A DNA stretch of 43,872 bases from IMG/VR virus record IMGVR_UViG_3300045988_074520; one strand, 5' to 3'. A model generated the notes under the pieces. That model searched no databases and was not told where the DNA came from. It saw only the letters and a list, made by a program, of their open reading frames with translations. Shown piece after piece: positions 1 to 7,400 of the stretch. Each line of letters starts with the position of its first letter. Position 1 is the first letter of the stretch. The position numbers were made by a program, and so were the translations under genes. This DNA is from a virus.

Positions 1-119
1 CAACATACCGCTTCACAAGGTCACGTTCTTCGCGGCACTCCGCGTCCTTTGACATGTCCCCAATCTCAGCGGTCAGCCCATCCAGATGCTCTTCCAGTGC
101 TGCAAGCATCTTGCGCTTG
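1..119. repeat. Terminal direct repeat, identical to 43754-43872 (circular assembly overlap or terminal redundancy)
   Basis: Read base by base; both copies are identical and lie inside the same minus-strand reading frame. Confidence 0.9.
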
Positions 120-529
120 CAGTCTTCGGATTTTCCAGAACGGTAGCTCTGTTTCTGAGTCATGTAATCATCGTAGGCATCCCGTCCATCATTGCGACTG
201 TAATGCCCTCGCACATAATGTTCCCCGCGGCGCATGTAAGATGCTCCGCGGTCATAATCCGGCATCATCCGTCCATCCGAAGCACTGTAGCGGCCCATGC
301 TATCCCGTCCGCGCCGTTCACTGTAATCACCTACACCGTCACGCATCTGATCCAGCACGGTCATATAATACTCGCCCTTTTTATCCCAGTACTCTGTGTT
401 TTTGATATCCTTATACATATCAATCAACTTAAAGGCGGTGTCCAGATTGCCAGAGGTGAGGCCTTTTTCTGCGATATTGGATATTTCATCTTCAATTCGT
501 GCGCACAGATCTTTAATATCTCTCATCAT
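1..529 (-). CDS. Hypothetical Arg/Asp/Gly/Tyr-rich protein, N-terminal 176 codons. The gene continues across the circular junction to a stop at 43701 (193 aa in total).
   Basis: AAGGAGG RBS at 533-539, then ATG at 529. My own translation has no stop down to base 1. The frame continues in the right-hand copy to TGA at 43701-43703. Not in the ORF track because it runs off the window edge. Confidence 0.65.
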   Translation of the reverse strand, partial: MMRDIKDLCARIEDEISNIAEKGLTSGNLDTAFKLIDMYKDIKNTEYWDKKGEYYMTVLDQMRDGVGDYSERRGRDSMGRYSASDGRMMPDYDRGASYMRRGEHYVRGHYSRNDGRDAYDDYMTQKQSYRSGKSEDCKRKMLAALEEHLDGLTAEIGDMSKDAECREERDLVKRYV

Positions 530-538
530 CCAACCTCC

Positions 539-961
539 TTATGCTACCCGTGTTACCACAAGATTTGCGTTTGCTACGGTTATAGCCTGCGTGCTGGTGT
601 TCTCCACTGCAATATTTGAGCAGCACCCACGCGGCACATCAATAAAGATACCTGCGGATACGTTGTTAAACGCTTCCACCACCGCAGGAGTGGATATCAT
701 CTGAGATGATAAGACCGGTTCGCCGCCGATCGCGATTGCAAGGGAAATTGCTTCTGCTGTCCCTCCGGTCGGAACGGCAATATTTGCAGAAAAGGCCACA
801 AAATAGCGGGCCTTACACTGGTTCGTCATTCCTCTGAGAGTAACTATTCCGCTGCCCTCCCGGTGCTGAACACATGCGGTCCCTTTTACCGCTGTGTTGG
901 TATATACTACATTTCCATTCGCTGCCACATCCTGAGCGGCAACAGCTACATATTCAGCCAT
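539..961 (-). CDS. BclA C-terminal-domain / C1q-TNF-like beta-sandwich protein (140 aa), no collagen-like stalk
   Basis: Internal ATG at 961 preceded by GAAAAAGGAGAAAACAAT. The sequence (AISLAIAIGGEPV...NANLVVTRVA) resembles exosporium BclA-C type domains. The longer ORF start at 1108 lacks an RBS. Confidence 0.55.
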   Translation of the reverse strand: MAEYVAVAAQDVAANGNVVYTNTAVKGTACVQHREGSGIVTLRGMTNQCKARYFVAFSANIAVPTGGTAEAISLAIAIGGEPVLSSQMISTPAVVEAFNNVSAGIFIDVPRGCCSNIAVENTSTQAITVANANLVVTRVA

Positions 962-983
962 ATTGTTTTCTCCTTTTTCATAT

Positions 984-1010
984 CGCAAAAAGGCAGGACT
1001 GAGCCTGCCG
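984..1010 (-). terminator. Intrinsic terminator/attenuator between the membrane protein gene and the BclA-C-like gene
   Basis: GGCAGG (1009-1004) and CCTGCC (997-992) form a stem with a 6-nt loop, followed on the minus strand by TTTTTG. Confidence 0.5.
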
Positions 1011-1095
1011 ATTTGCGTAATACCGGCTCTGGGCCGAACATCTGACCATATTGCCGATGTCAGGAAAATGGTCAGAAGATACAGATATGAGGTTG

Positions 1096-1866
1096 TCAGC
1101 AGTTGCATCCAGTGCTGCAGCCATAGTATACGTTCGGGTTCGGCACCTGGTAAGCCGGAATCGGTGCCGGATTGATCGCATTAATGAGCTGCTGGGTCTG
1201 TGAAGCCATTGCAGTTGTGAGAAGTGCACTCTGGCGGTCCTGAGAAGCGGCACGTCTGAGGTCATTGTTTTCAGCCTGCAGATTAGAAATCTTTTCATTG
1301 CAAAGATAATCAAGAATGGCTCTTGTTCCAGCGTTCTGGCTGTCGATAATGTCTCTGGTGTTGCTGTTCATGGTGTTCTGGAGTGCACAGGTGTTCTGCG
1401 CCATGTTGTAGTTTACACCCTGGATTGCTTCCCGGGTCTCACAGCAACACTGAGCAAGCTGCGCCTGGAGTGCGTTGGTGTTCTGCATGTTGGCTACAGT
1501 ATCGGCATTAATAGCCTGCTGGATGCCGAAGCCAGTCTGCATGACGTTTGTATTGATGCCGTTGAATCCGGTAAGCATACCGTTATTCATGGCATAGAAG
1601 CCATCACACAGGCCGCTGGACAGGCCGTCCAGTTTGCTGATAACTGCCTGGTTGTCAAAGCCACGCTGGATTGCAGAATCGGTGTATGCGCTTCCGGCTG
1701 CTCCACCTCCGCCGTTTCCCCAGCCATTGCCACCCCATCCGCAGAAGACGAAGAGGAATAAGATAATGATCCACCATGCGCCGTCCCCGCCCCACATACC
1801 GTCATTGTTCCGGTTGTTGGTTCCGGTAGCCGCCGCAATGTCGGCTAAGCTGTAAGTTCCATCCAT
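1096..1866 (-). CDS. Membrane protein: Gly/Trp-rich N-terminal TM segment, Asn/Gln-rich repeats, many Cys including a C-terminal CSTGCNC
   Basis: 256-aa ORF with AAAGGAGATATCAAT RBS. The hydrophobic stretch WWIIILFLFVFCGW is followed by GGNGWGNGGGG. No family recognised. Confidence 0.7.
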   Translation of the reverse strand: MDGTYSLADIAAATGTNNRNNDGMWGGDGAWWIIILFLFVFCGWGGNGWGNGGGGAAGSAYTDSAIQRGFDNQAVISKLDGLSSGLCDGFYAMNNGMLTGFNGINTNVMQTGFGIQQAINADTVANMQNTNALQAQLAQCCCETREAIQGVNYNMAQNTCALQNTMNSNTRDIIDSQNAGTRAILDYLCNEKISNLQAENNDLRRAASQDRQSALLTTAMASQTQQLINAINPAPIPAYQVPNPNVYYGCSTGCNC

Positions 1867-1913
1867 ATTGATATCTCCTTTGATTTATTTACATTCCCGG
1901 CCGGGATAATGTA

Positions 1914-2138
1914 TTATTTCATACCGCCCAGCATCCGTTGAAACTGCTGTGCCATCTGCTGAGCCTGATCAAGCTGCGCCTGTGATATTCTGCCAGACTG
2001 CAACATCTTTTGTACCTCGGCTTTGGGATCTCCCTTAAAGTTTTGCTTAAACTGCGCAAACTGCTGCATCATCTGCAAGGGGCCATTTCCGCCCATCGGC
2101 ATGCCACCGCCGAACATTTGGAATAATGGGTTACTCAT
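1914..2138 (-). CDS. Small Gln/Met-rich protein (74 aa)
   Basis: ATG at 2138 lies 9 nt after GGGAGGTG. It overlaps the upstream stop by 8 nt. Confidence 0.6.
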   Translation of the reverse strand: MSNPLFQMFGGGMPMGGNGPLQMMQQFAQFKQNFKGDPKAEVQKMLQSGRISQAQLDQAQQMAQQFQRMLGGMK

Positions 2139-2598
2139 CTGCTGCCGCACCTCCCTTTGATCTCCGGCTCTCCGGTTTGGCAGTAGAGCCGCCGCTTGCT
2201 GGAAACGAATTTATCTTGTCCAGAATCTCATTGTATTTGTCGAAAAGGTCCTGGTACTCTTTACGGGTAACATACATATCATTCATGGCAGCTTCCGGCT
2301 GCTTCTGCGGCATTCTGCCGTTTATTTCGTGGTACTCAAACACGCGTAAAGGTTGCGGCATGCCGGATACATCCGTTGACTTGATGTAAAACCGCTCCGC
2401 TTCGCTGTCCATCAGCAATACGCATGATCCAGGCGCAACAAGGTAAGACTTCGCCCCGGTCTCGCCCTGGACCCAGAGTATTCCCTGGTTATTTGTCGGC
2501 GCTGCCATCGGCTGCGGGACGGGCTGGTATTGGTTTATCTGCGCCATACGGTCTTGATACGGCTGGTATGGCTGATACATGTTCGGATATGCTGCCAT
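2131..2598 (-). CDS. Hypothetical protein with Pro/Gln/Tyr-rich N-terminus and a compact central domain (155 aa)
   Basis: GGAGGAAATCGAAC RBS before ATG at 2598. First gene of the minus-strand accessory operon. Confidence 0.7.
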   Translation of the reverse strand: MAAYPNMYQPYQPYQDRMAQINQYQPVPQPMAAPTNNQGILWVQGETGAKSYLVAPGSCVLLMDSEAERFYIKSTDVSGMPQPLRVFEYHEINGRMPQKQPEAAMNDMYVTRKEYQDLFDKYNEILDKINSFPASGGSTAKPESRRSKGGAAADE

Positions 2599-2767
2599 GT
2601 TCGATTTCCTCCAATTCTTCCAAAAAGATCAAAATATCGTGGCAATCGGTTTTTATAGGTATCTCTACTTCATCCTCATCAGGAAACATCTGTTTCATGC
2701 TTATATTGTCTCAGATTTTGGTAGAGGGGAACAGGCCATAAAAGTTTTAAAAAAGTTCTTGTTTTTC

Positions 2768-2796
2768 TTGACATACTTACGCAAGTATGTTAAAAT
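2768..2796 (+). promoter_or_regulatory. Consensus sigma-70-type promoter (TTGACA-17-TAAAAT) with a palindromic operator filling the spacer
   Basis: TTGACA at 2768-2773 and TAAAAT at 2791-2796. ACATACTT / AAGTATGT 8-bp inverted repeat at 2771-2790 with a 4-nt centre. Confidence 0.6.
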
Positions 2797-2827
2797 AAAG
2801 ATATCAATCAAGCAGGAGGAAACGGGA

Positions 2828-3184
2828 ATGAAATACGATTTATCAGCTATTATGAAAAAAGCATGGCAGTTAGTCAAACGATTCGGCTTCACCATTTCCT
2901 CTGCACTAAAGAAATCTTGGAGGGATGCAAAGACGAACTATATCGCGGTAAAAGAATGGTTTTTTGACAAAGAGCAGGAAAAAGCAGAAAAATATAATGT
3001 TTTTATGGATTTTGCAAGAAATGAGGATGGGACGCAAAAGATAGAGAACGGATATATTTTTGCAAAAGTCGAAGAAATCATGAAAGAATCCGAAAAAGCA
3101 ATCCAGGTAAGAGTATCTACAGGAGAAGTCGTTGGGTCTTATAAGGGCTGGATTTGCTGGATTCCAAAATCATTAATCAAATAG
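2828..3184 (+). CDS. Hypothetical phage protein (118 aa)
   Basis: AGGAGGAAACGGGA RBS before ATG at 2828. The upstream part of the tracked ORF covers the promoter and is unlikely to be coding. Confidence 0.7.
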   Translation: MKYDLSAIMKKAWQLVKRFGFTISSALKKSWRDAKTNYIAVKEWFFDKEQEKAEKYNVFMDFARNEDGTQKIENGYIFAKVEEIMKESEKAIQVRVSTGEVVGSYKGWICWIPKSLIK

Positions 3185-3195
3185 GAGGAGCATTC

Positions 3196-3381
3196 ATGGA
3201 ACGATATGAACTTACAGGAACAGGCGAGCTTACCGAAAAAGCTTTTGAGGTTTACAGCAATAGCGACATTGTTTTTTATACAGAAGACGGCGAGTTTTAC
3301 GCTGGAATGAATAAAAAGGAACAGCCTTTTCATGTTGGTAACATTGCGGATGTTATCGAGTTTCTGGAGGCTCTCGCATGA
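3196..3381 (+). CDS. Small hypothetical protein (61 aa)
   Basis: TAGGAGGAGCATTC RBS before ATG at 3196. Confidence 0.6.
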   Translation: MERYELTGTGELTEKAFEVYSNSDIVFYTEDGEFYAGMNKKEQPFHVGNIADVIEFLEALA

Positions 3382-4031
3382 TAAGCCCGGGCGATAAATT
3401 CGGTAAATGGACTGTACTGAGCGATTCTGACAAAACTGATTCTAGCAACAACAAGTACTACACTTGCAAGTGCGAGTGCGGTACTGTAAGAGATATTGCT
3501 GGCCACAAGTTAAGAACTGGCCGCACGAAATCGTGCGGCTGCAATAGAAGTATTGATATGACAGGCCAAAGAACCGGACGACTAACCTTTATTAAAAGAG
3601 TAGGCAAAGACGAGAAAGGCCGTTTTATCTGGGAGTGCAAATGTGACTGTGGAGAAACTTGCCAGCGCACTATTGGCAAAGCAAAAACAATTGGGTCATG
3701 TGGCAAACATACTGCTGAGGTTGCCAAGATTACGCTCGACGAAAACCGGAAAAAACAGCACTATATAGACGGTACATTGGCAGAAGAATTGACAGCGCAG
3801 TTGTCTAAAAACAACACATCTGGTTTTAAAGGGGTTTACTGGAACAAGGAAAAAGGTAAATGGGGAGCGCAGATTACTTTCAGACGAAAAAACTATAATC
3901 TGGGCCGGTACGATAATATTGAAGATGCAGTGGCAGCGAGGAAAGCTGCGGAAGAGCGGTTCTTCAAGCCGATACTGGAAAAAGTTAAGGAGGGAAAGAG
4001 TGGGCAAAACATCAGCGGAGGTCAAGAATAG
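3378..4031 (+). CDS. AP2/ERF-type DNA-binding domain protein with two N-terminal Cys-rich (zinc-ribbon-like) repeats
   Basis: GFKGVYWNKEKGKWGAQITFRRKNYNLGRYDNIEDAVAARKAAE matches the AP2 domain pattern. CKCECG...SCGC and CKCDCG...SCGKH repeats. ATGA overlap with the upstream gene. Confidence 0.75.
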   Translation: MISPGDKFGKWTVLSDSDKTDSSNNKYYTCKCECGTVRDIAGHKLRTGRTKSCGCNRSIDMTGQRTGRLTFIKRVGKDEKGRFIWECKCDCGETCQRTIGKAKTIGSCGKHTAEVAKITLDENRKKQHYIDGTLAEELTAQLSKNNTSGFKGVYWNKEKGKWGAQITFRRKNYNLGRYDNIEDAVAARKAAEERFFKPILEKVKEGKSGQNISGGQE

Positions 4032-4203
4032 GTACAACCAGAAAGCCTATGACCGAATTAGCCTTGTTTTAAAAAAGGGCGAAAAAGAGCGAATAAAAGA
4101 AGTAGCTGAGTCACTTGGCTATTCGTCAATAAACAGCTTTATAACAGCAGCAGTCAACGATTTTGAAAAAAGAATTGGACAAAGCAAAGAAAAGAGCCAT
4201 TGA
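4000..4203 (+). CDS. Ribbon-helix-helix (Arc/CopG-like) small DNA-binding protein, GTG start
   Basis: AGGAGGGAAAGA then GTG at 4000. YDRISLVLKKGEKERIKEVAESLGYSSINSFITAAV fits the RHH strand-helix-helix pattern. Confidence 0.55.
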   Translation: MGKTSAEVKNRYNQKAYDRISLVLKKGEKERIKEVAESLGYSSINSFITAAVNDFEKRIGQSKEKSH

Positions 4204-4220
4204 TACAGGCTCTTTTCTTT
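4186..4220. terminator. Bidirectional intrinsic terminator between convergent operons
   Basis: 13-bp perfect stem AAAGAAAAGAGCC (4186-4198) / GGCTCTTTTCTTT (4208-4220) with a 9-nt loop. A/T runs on both sides. Confidence 0.7.
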
Positions 4221-4429
4221 TAGCTTTCTCCGCATACGCGAATAATCTTTGAGTTTACCCGGCGGCTGATCCGCTTCGCGGTGGCAAGGCTGACATTCAT
4301 GTTTTCAGCGCATATCTCCATCGGAACGCCAGCGGCCCGGTACTCAAATAAAGTTCTTTCATCGGGTGTAAAATTCGCAAGCGCCCGGAACCTATTTAAT
4401 TCCGGTACTGTAAAATCATACACTTTCAA
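4220..4429 (-). CDS. Sigma-70 region-4-like HTH protein (69 aa), possible late-gene regulator; TTG start
   Basis: TPDERTLFEYRAAGVPMEICAENMNVSLATAKRISRRV resembles region 4 / LuxR-type HTH. AAGAGG lies 7 nt before the TTG. Confidence 0.5.
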   Translation of the reverse strand: MKVYDFTVPELNRFRALANFTPDERTLFEYRAAGVPMEICAENMNVSLATAKRISRRVNSKIIRVCGES

Positions 4430-4440
4430 TATCAGACCTC

Positions 4441-4773
4441 TTAATTCTTCGTTAAGGCTTCCAGCAAATCGTCCCGGGTTTTTTTTAAACCCTCCACGTT
4501 GTTTCCGGTTATCTTGTTTTCAATCAAATTAAACATGCTCCTCATAAGCAGTTGGGTATCTTCCCGGTTCTGCTTGATGTTGGAATAATCGTTGTCCAGC
4601 TTCTCCTTGATGTCCTTAATATCCGTCTCAATAGCGCCCACGCGCTTCTCTATATCTTGCTGCGGTTTCTTCGCATGGGAATAGACCGTGTAAAGCACCC
4701 CGGCGGCGGCTCCGATGGTTCCAATGCCGCTGCAAATTGATACAATAGTACGCACAAACTCTAAGTCAATCAT
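4441..4773 (-). CDS. N-terminally membrane-anchored coiled-coil protein (110 aa)
   Basis: AGAGGAGACAACAG RBS before ATG at 4773. TM segment IVSICSGIGTIGAAAGVLYTVY, then a charged heptad-like region. Confidence 0.6.
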   Translation of the reverse strand: MIDLEFVRTIVSICSGIGTIGAAAGVLYTVYSHAKKPQQDIEKRVGAIETDIKDIKEKLDNDYSNIKQNREDTQLLMRSMFNLIENKITGNNVEGLKKTRDDLLEALTKN

Positions 4774-4954
4774 CTGTTGTCTCCTCTGGTTCAAAAAATA
4801 TGCAACTTCGGCAATCATCCTCACCTATATCCCAAGTGCAAAATTCGCTGTTTGGGTTACAGCATATTTGGTTATACATATGTCTGCATCCATTAATATC
4901 TGCTATTTCTTCGCGGAGTTCTCCGTTCGGCAATTTATCTACCCATCTACTCAT
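4766..4954 (-). CDS. Small Cys-rich acidic protein (62 aa)
   Basis: ATG at 4954 overlaps the upstream stop. Six Cys in the pattern C-x7-CC-x6-C-x8-C-x2-C. Confidence 0.5.
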   Translation of the reverse strand: MSRWVDKLPNGELREEIADINGCRHMYNQICCNPNSEFCTWDIGEDDCRSCIFFEPEETTDD

Positions 4955-5354
4955 AGCTTTTCTCCCAGTAGTATACTGGGATCTCGCCGCCGCTGTCCCA
5001 GGTGTCAAATATATGGCCGTCCTGCACACATACTGCATGACCGTCTATGCACAGTATGTAAGTACCGCGCGGATGCTCCATGCAGAAATCCACTACGGTA
5101 TATATATTCTGGCCGTGATCGTCTATTAGGTGCCGCCGATACCCCAGGCTTTTGAGATACGCGCCCCAGACATAGTTCGCGGATGGCATATCACACAGGG
5201 CGCAGGCCCTTACCATTATCCCAGAAAAGACCGTTGTCCAGTCCTTTCCTGTTGCCTTGCAGATGGCCCTTATCACGCAGTCTCCTACCCGCTTCCCGGC
5301 CGGATTCGGGTTGTAATATTCCCACGCAACGTCATAATCAATCATACCAGTCAT
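4947..5354 (-). CDS. Putative papain-fold (Cys-His-Asp) peptidase-like protein
   Basis: GDCVIRAI near the N-terminus and IDGHAVCVQDGHIFDTWDS near the C-terminus fit a Cys...His...Asp order. ATGA overlap with the head-morphogenesis gene. The start could be 5345 instead. Confidence 0.5.
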   Translation of the reverse strand: MTGMIDYDVAWEYYNPNPAGKRVGDCVIRAICKATGKDWTTVFSGIMVRACALCDMPSANYVWGAYLKSLGYRRHLIDDHGQNIYTVVDFCMEHPRGTYILCIDGHAVCVQDGHIFDTWDSGGEIPVYYWEKSYE

Positions 5355-6565
5355 CCTTTCAGATTTTCATACCGCCGTGCGGCTCCTCGCGCCTTTGCCG
5401 CCTGTTCTCTGCCCCACCTTGCTATCTTAAGGCGGTCGGCTAACGGACGCAGTTCATTAGTTTTGCAATACTCGTTGTATGCCTTGTTCTGCTTCTGGAG
5501 TAGATAAGACTTCCTGTCAAGCCCGGCTTGCAGTTCGAAGCGTAGCGCATCATCCTTGCAGTTATCAACAGCAGTCTGCAACGCCATGACCTCTTGCTTT
5601 GTCTTGCGGATCCGGCGCTCCAAGGCACGCTGCCGCTGTTCCAGTTTCTCCATACGAACATTGTCGTCGGTCTCTATGTCCTTATACGGGTTATTGATTC
5701 CGTCACCGGGACCAAAGCTGTGCCGACAGTTCCAACCGCCCAGACCTTCACCAGTGCCGTATCCTGTCACGGAAAACGGAGGAAACCGCTTATCTTTTCC
5801 CGTCCGGCTGTAAAACTGCCCCTGCCACCACAGATGATTGCCCGGATTCTGCCCGCCGTCTCCAGTTCGCGCACCGATGTGTGCAGACACAAGGATAATG
5901 TCCCAATCCTGTTCCTTCATGCGCTCCATAGAGATATCACCAGATGCCTGAGATATGCCGGTGCGCACCGCCCGCGCTGTAGCTGTCTCAATCGTGTCCT
6001 TGTGTCCTGTTGGATACTGGACAGTAACTCCATTCTGCACGACATTTTCGATTGCCTGTCTGACCACCTGTGTGTACGATGTAGCGCCACTTAAAACCTT
6101 GTGGTAAGCATTATCGCATTCGCTTATAAACAGTTTCTGAGCGGAATCTGCGGTGGTCCTGGTCACGTTTGACCACTCGCCCATAGTAGCCTCGTAGTCT
6201 CTTTGCAGTATCCTTACAAGCGCCGGGGACTGTGGTAACGCCTCTGTGCTTATTCCTGCTGCCTCATAAACAGCCTTGGCATAAGCCGTAGCTTTAACCC
6301 CAGCATCCTCCATTGCCGCAGCTATCTCATCTTGCTGCAACTTTGTGTAACGGGCTATCTCCTGCGTGATATCCTGCAACATATACCCGGCATCCTGTAG
6401 TATCTGGATGCGCCATCGGTCGGATGATGTAAGTATATACTTCTCCCCGCGCCCCAATCGGATCATGATAGCTTCGATGATTCGGGCAATAATATAGCTA
6501 TGCAGCGAAGATGCTATATCCTCGCTGCCCTCTGCAACACGTTTGAGATACTCCGGTGTCAACAT
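5351..6565 (-). CDS. Head morphogenesis / minor capsid protein, SPP1 gp7 (Mu F-like) family
   Basis: Sits after the portal. GWNCRHSF motif and overall pattern are typical of gp7-like minor head proteins. Long helical C-terminal extension. Confidence 0.75.
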   Translation of the reverse strand: MLTPEYLKRVAEGSEDIASSLHSYIIARIIEAIMIRLGRGEKYILTSSDRWRIQILQDAGYMLQDITQEIARYTKLQQDEIAAAMEDAGVKATAYAKAVYEAAGISTEALPQSPALVRILQRDYEATMGEWSNVTRTTADSAQKLFISECDNAYHKVLSGATSYTQVVRQAIENVVQNGVTVQYPTGHKDTIETATARAVRTGISQASGDISMERMKEQDWDIILVSAHIGARTGDGGQNPGNHLWWQGQFYSRTGKDKRFPPFSVTGYGTGEGLGGWNCRHSFGPGDGINNPYKDIETDDNVRMEKLEQRQRALERRIRKTKQEVMALQTAVDNCKDDALRFELQAGLDRKSYLLQKQNKAYNEYCKTNELRPLADRLKIARWGREQAAKARGAARRYENLKG

Positions 6566-6573
6566 GATATCAC

Positions 6574-7389
6574 CTACTCAACATACCAGATTTCCATGCT
6601 TCCATTGTCCAGGCTGTGCCAACAAGCACCCTCCAAGACTCCCCCGGCAGTCTCATCCAGATAGTACCAGTCCCCGGTGTTCCCCTCTGGATCTACGTTG
6701 TGTCCGTCCCATCTGTGCCACCCGGTCAGCATATAGCCGTCTGCGCCAAACAGGTACCAGTGATGGTTGATAAGTTCCCAGCGGTTTTTTAAGGCTTTGC
6801 CGCCGGAGAAATACATATACTTACCGTCAGATTTGCGCCATCCGGTCAAATAGTTTCCTACGTTGGCCAGCTTTCCTTCGGTCAGATTAACCGCTACATG
6901 GTGGCCCTCCAACAGTAGGATATCACCAGGACGCAGGTAAGTATCACCGTTAAGGTACTCTTTTTCTGTGTATGTGCCGAACCCTGCCTTCACAAGCGCC
7001 GCCCGGAGGTTACCTGTGTAACAGTAGATGCTCACGCCCTGGAGCTTTTTGTCCTGCATCAGATATCCCACAGCCTTTACGATAGCGGCAACGCCGGAGC
7101 TACAGTCCGCTTCGCAGTCAATCGCAATCTTTGCCGGATCGTAACCGGATGCTTTCAGCTGCTGCCAGAAGGTGTAACGGTCTCCCTGGTCATAGCCGAT
7201 ATGGTCATTCTTCGCCGCTCTTTCCGCAAGATCAGCAATCTTTTTCCCTACCGCAGCGTTTGGGTGCCGGAGCATAACGCCCCAGGGTCGACTATACCAC
7301 GGGATAATGGCCCATTCGTTACCCTTCTGATCTCCAGCTTTCCCACCGGAATACTTGCCGCGCTCATCATGTCCACAGTTGCTTATCAT
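6574..7389 (-). CDS. Peptidoglycan hydrolase (endolysin-like): N-terminal Cys/His hydrolase domain plus C-terminal choline-binding-type cell-wall-binding repeats
   Basis: SNCGHDE...GDILLLEGHHVAVN in the N-terminal domain. C-terminal repeats of GW..DGKYMYF / WYLFGADGYMLTGW / WYYLDE type. AATAGGAGG RBS. Confidence 0.65.
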   Translation of the reverse strand: MISNCGHDERGKYSGGKAGDQKGNEWAIIPWYSRPWGVMLRHPNAAVGKKIADLAERAAKNDHIGYDQGDRYTFWQQLKASGYDPAKIAIDCEADCSSGVAAIVKAVGYLMQDKKLQGVSIYCYTGNLRAALVKAGFGTYTEKEYLNGDTYLRPGDILLLEGHHVAVNLTEGKLANVGNYLTGWRKSDGKYMYFSGGKALKNRWELINHHWYLFGADGYMLTGWHRWDGHNVDPEGNTGDWYYLDETAGGVLEGACWHSLDNGSMEIWYVE

Positions 7390-7400
7390 CGCTACGCCTC

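Noticed and set aside
2489-2698. A 69-aa minus-strand ORF upstream of and overlapping gene 2131-2598. I considered a leader peptide or a programmed frameshift.
   Set aside because: There is no RBS before its ATG. It overlaps the downstream gene by 110 nt in another frame, and that gene has its own strong GGAGGAA RBS. I saw no slippery site.
4441-4773. The membrane-anchored coiled-coil protein as the phage holin
   Set aside because: It has a single N-terminal TM followed by a long soluble coiled coil, which is not a typical holin layout. A better three-TM candidate exists at 39990-40319.
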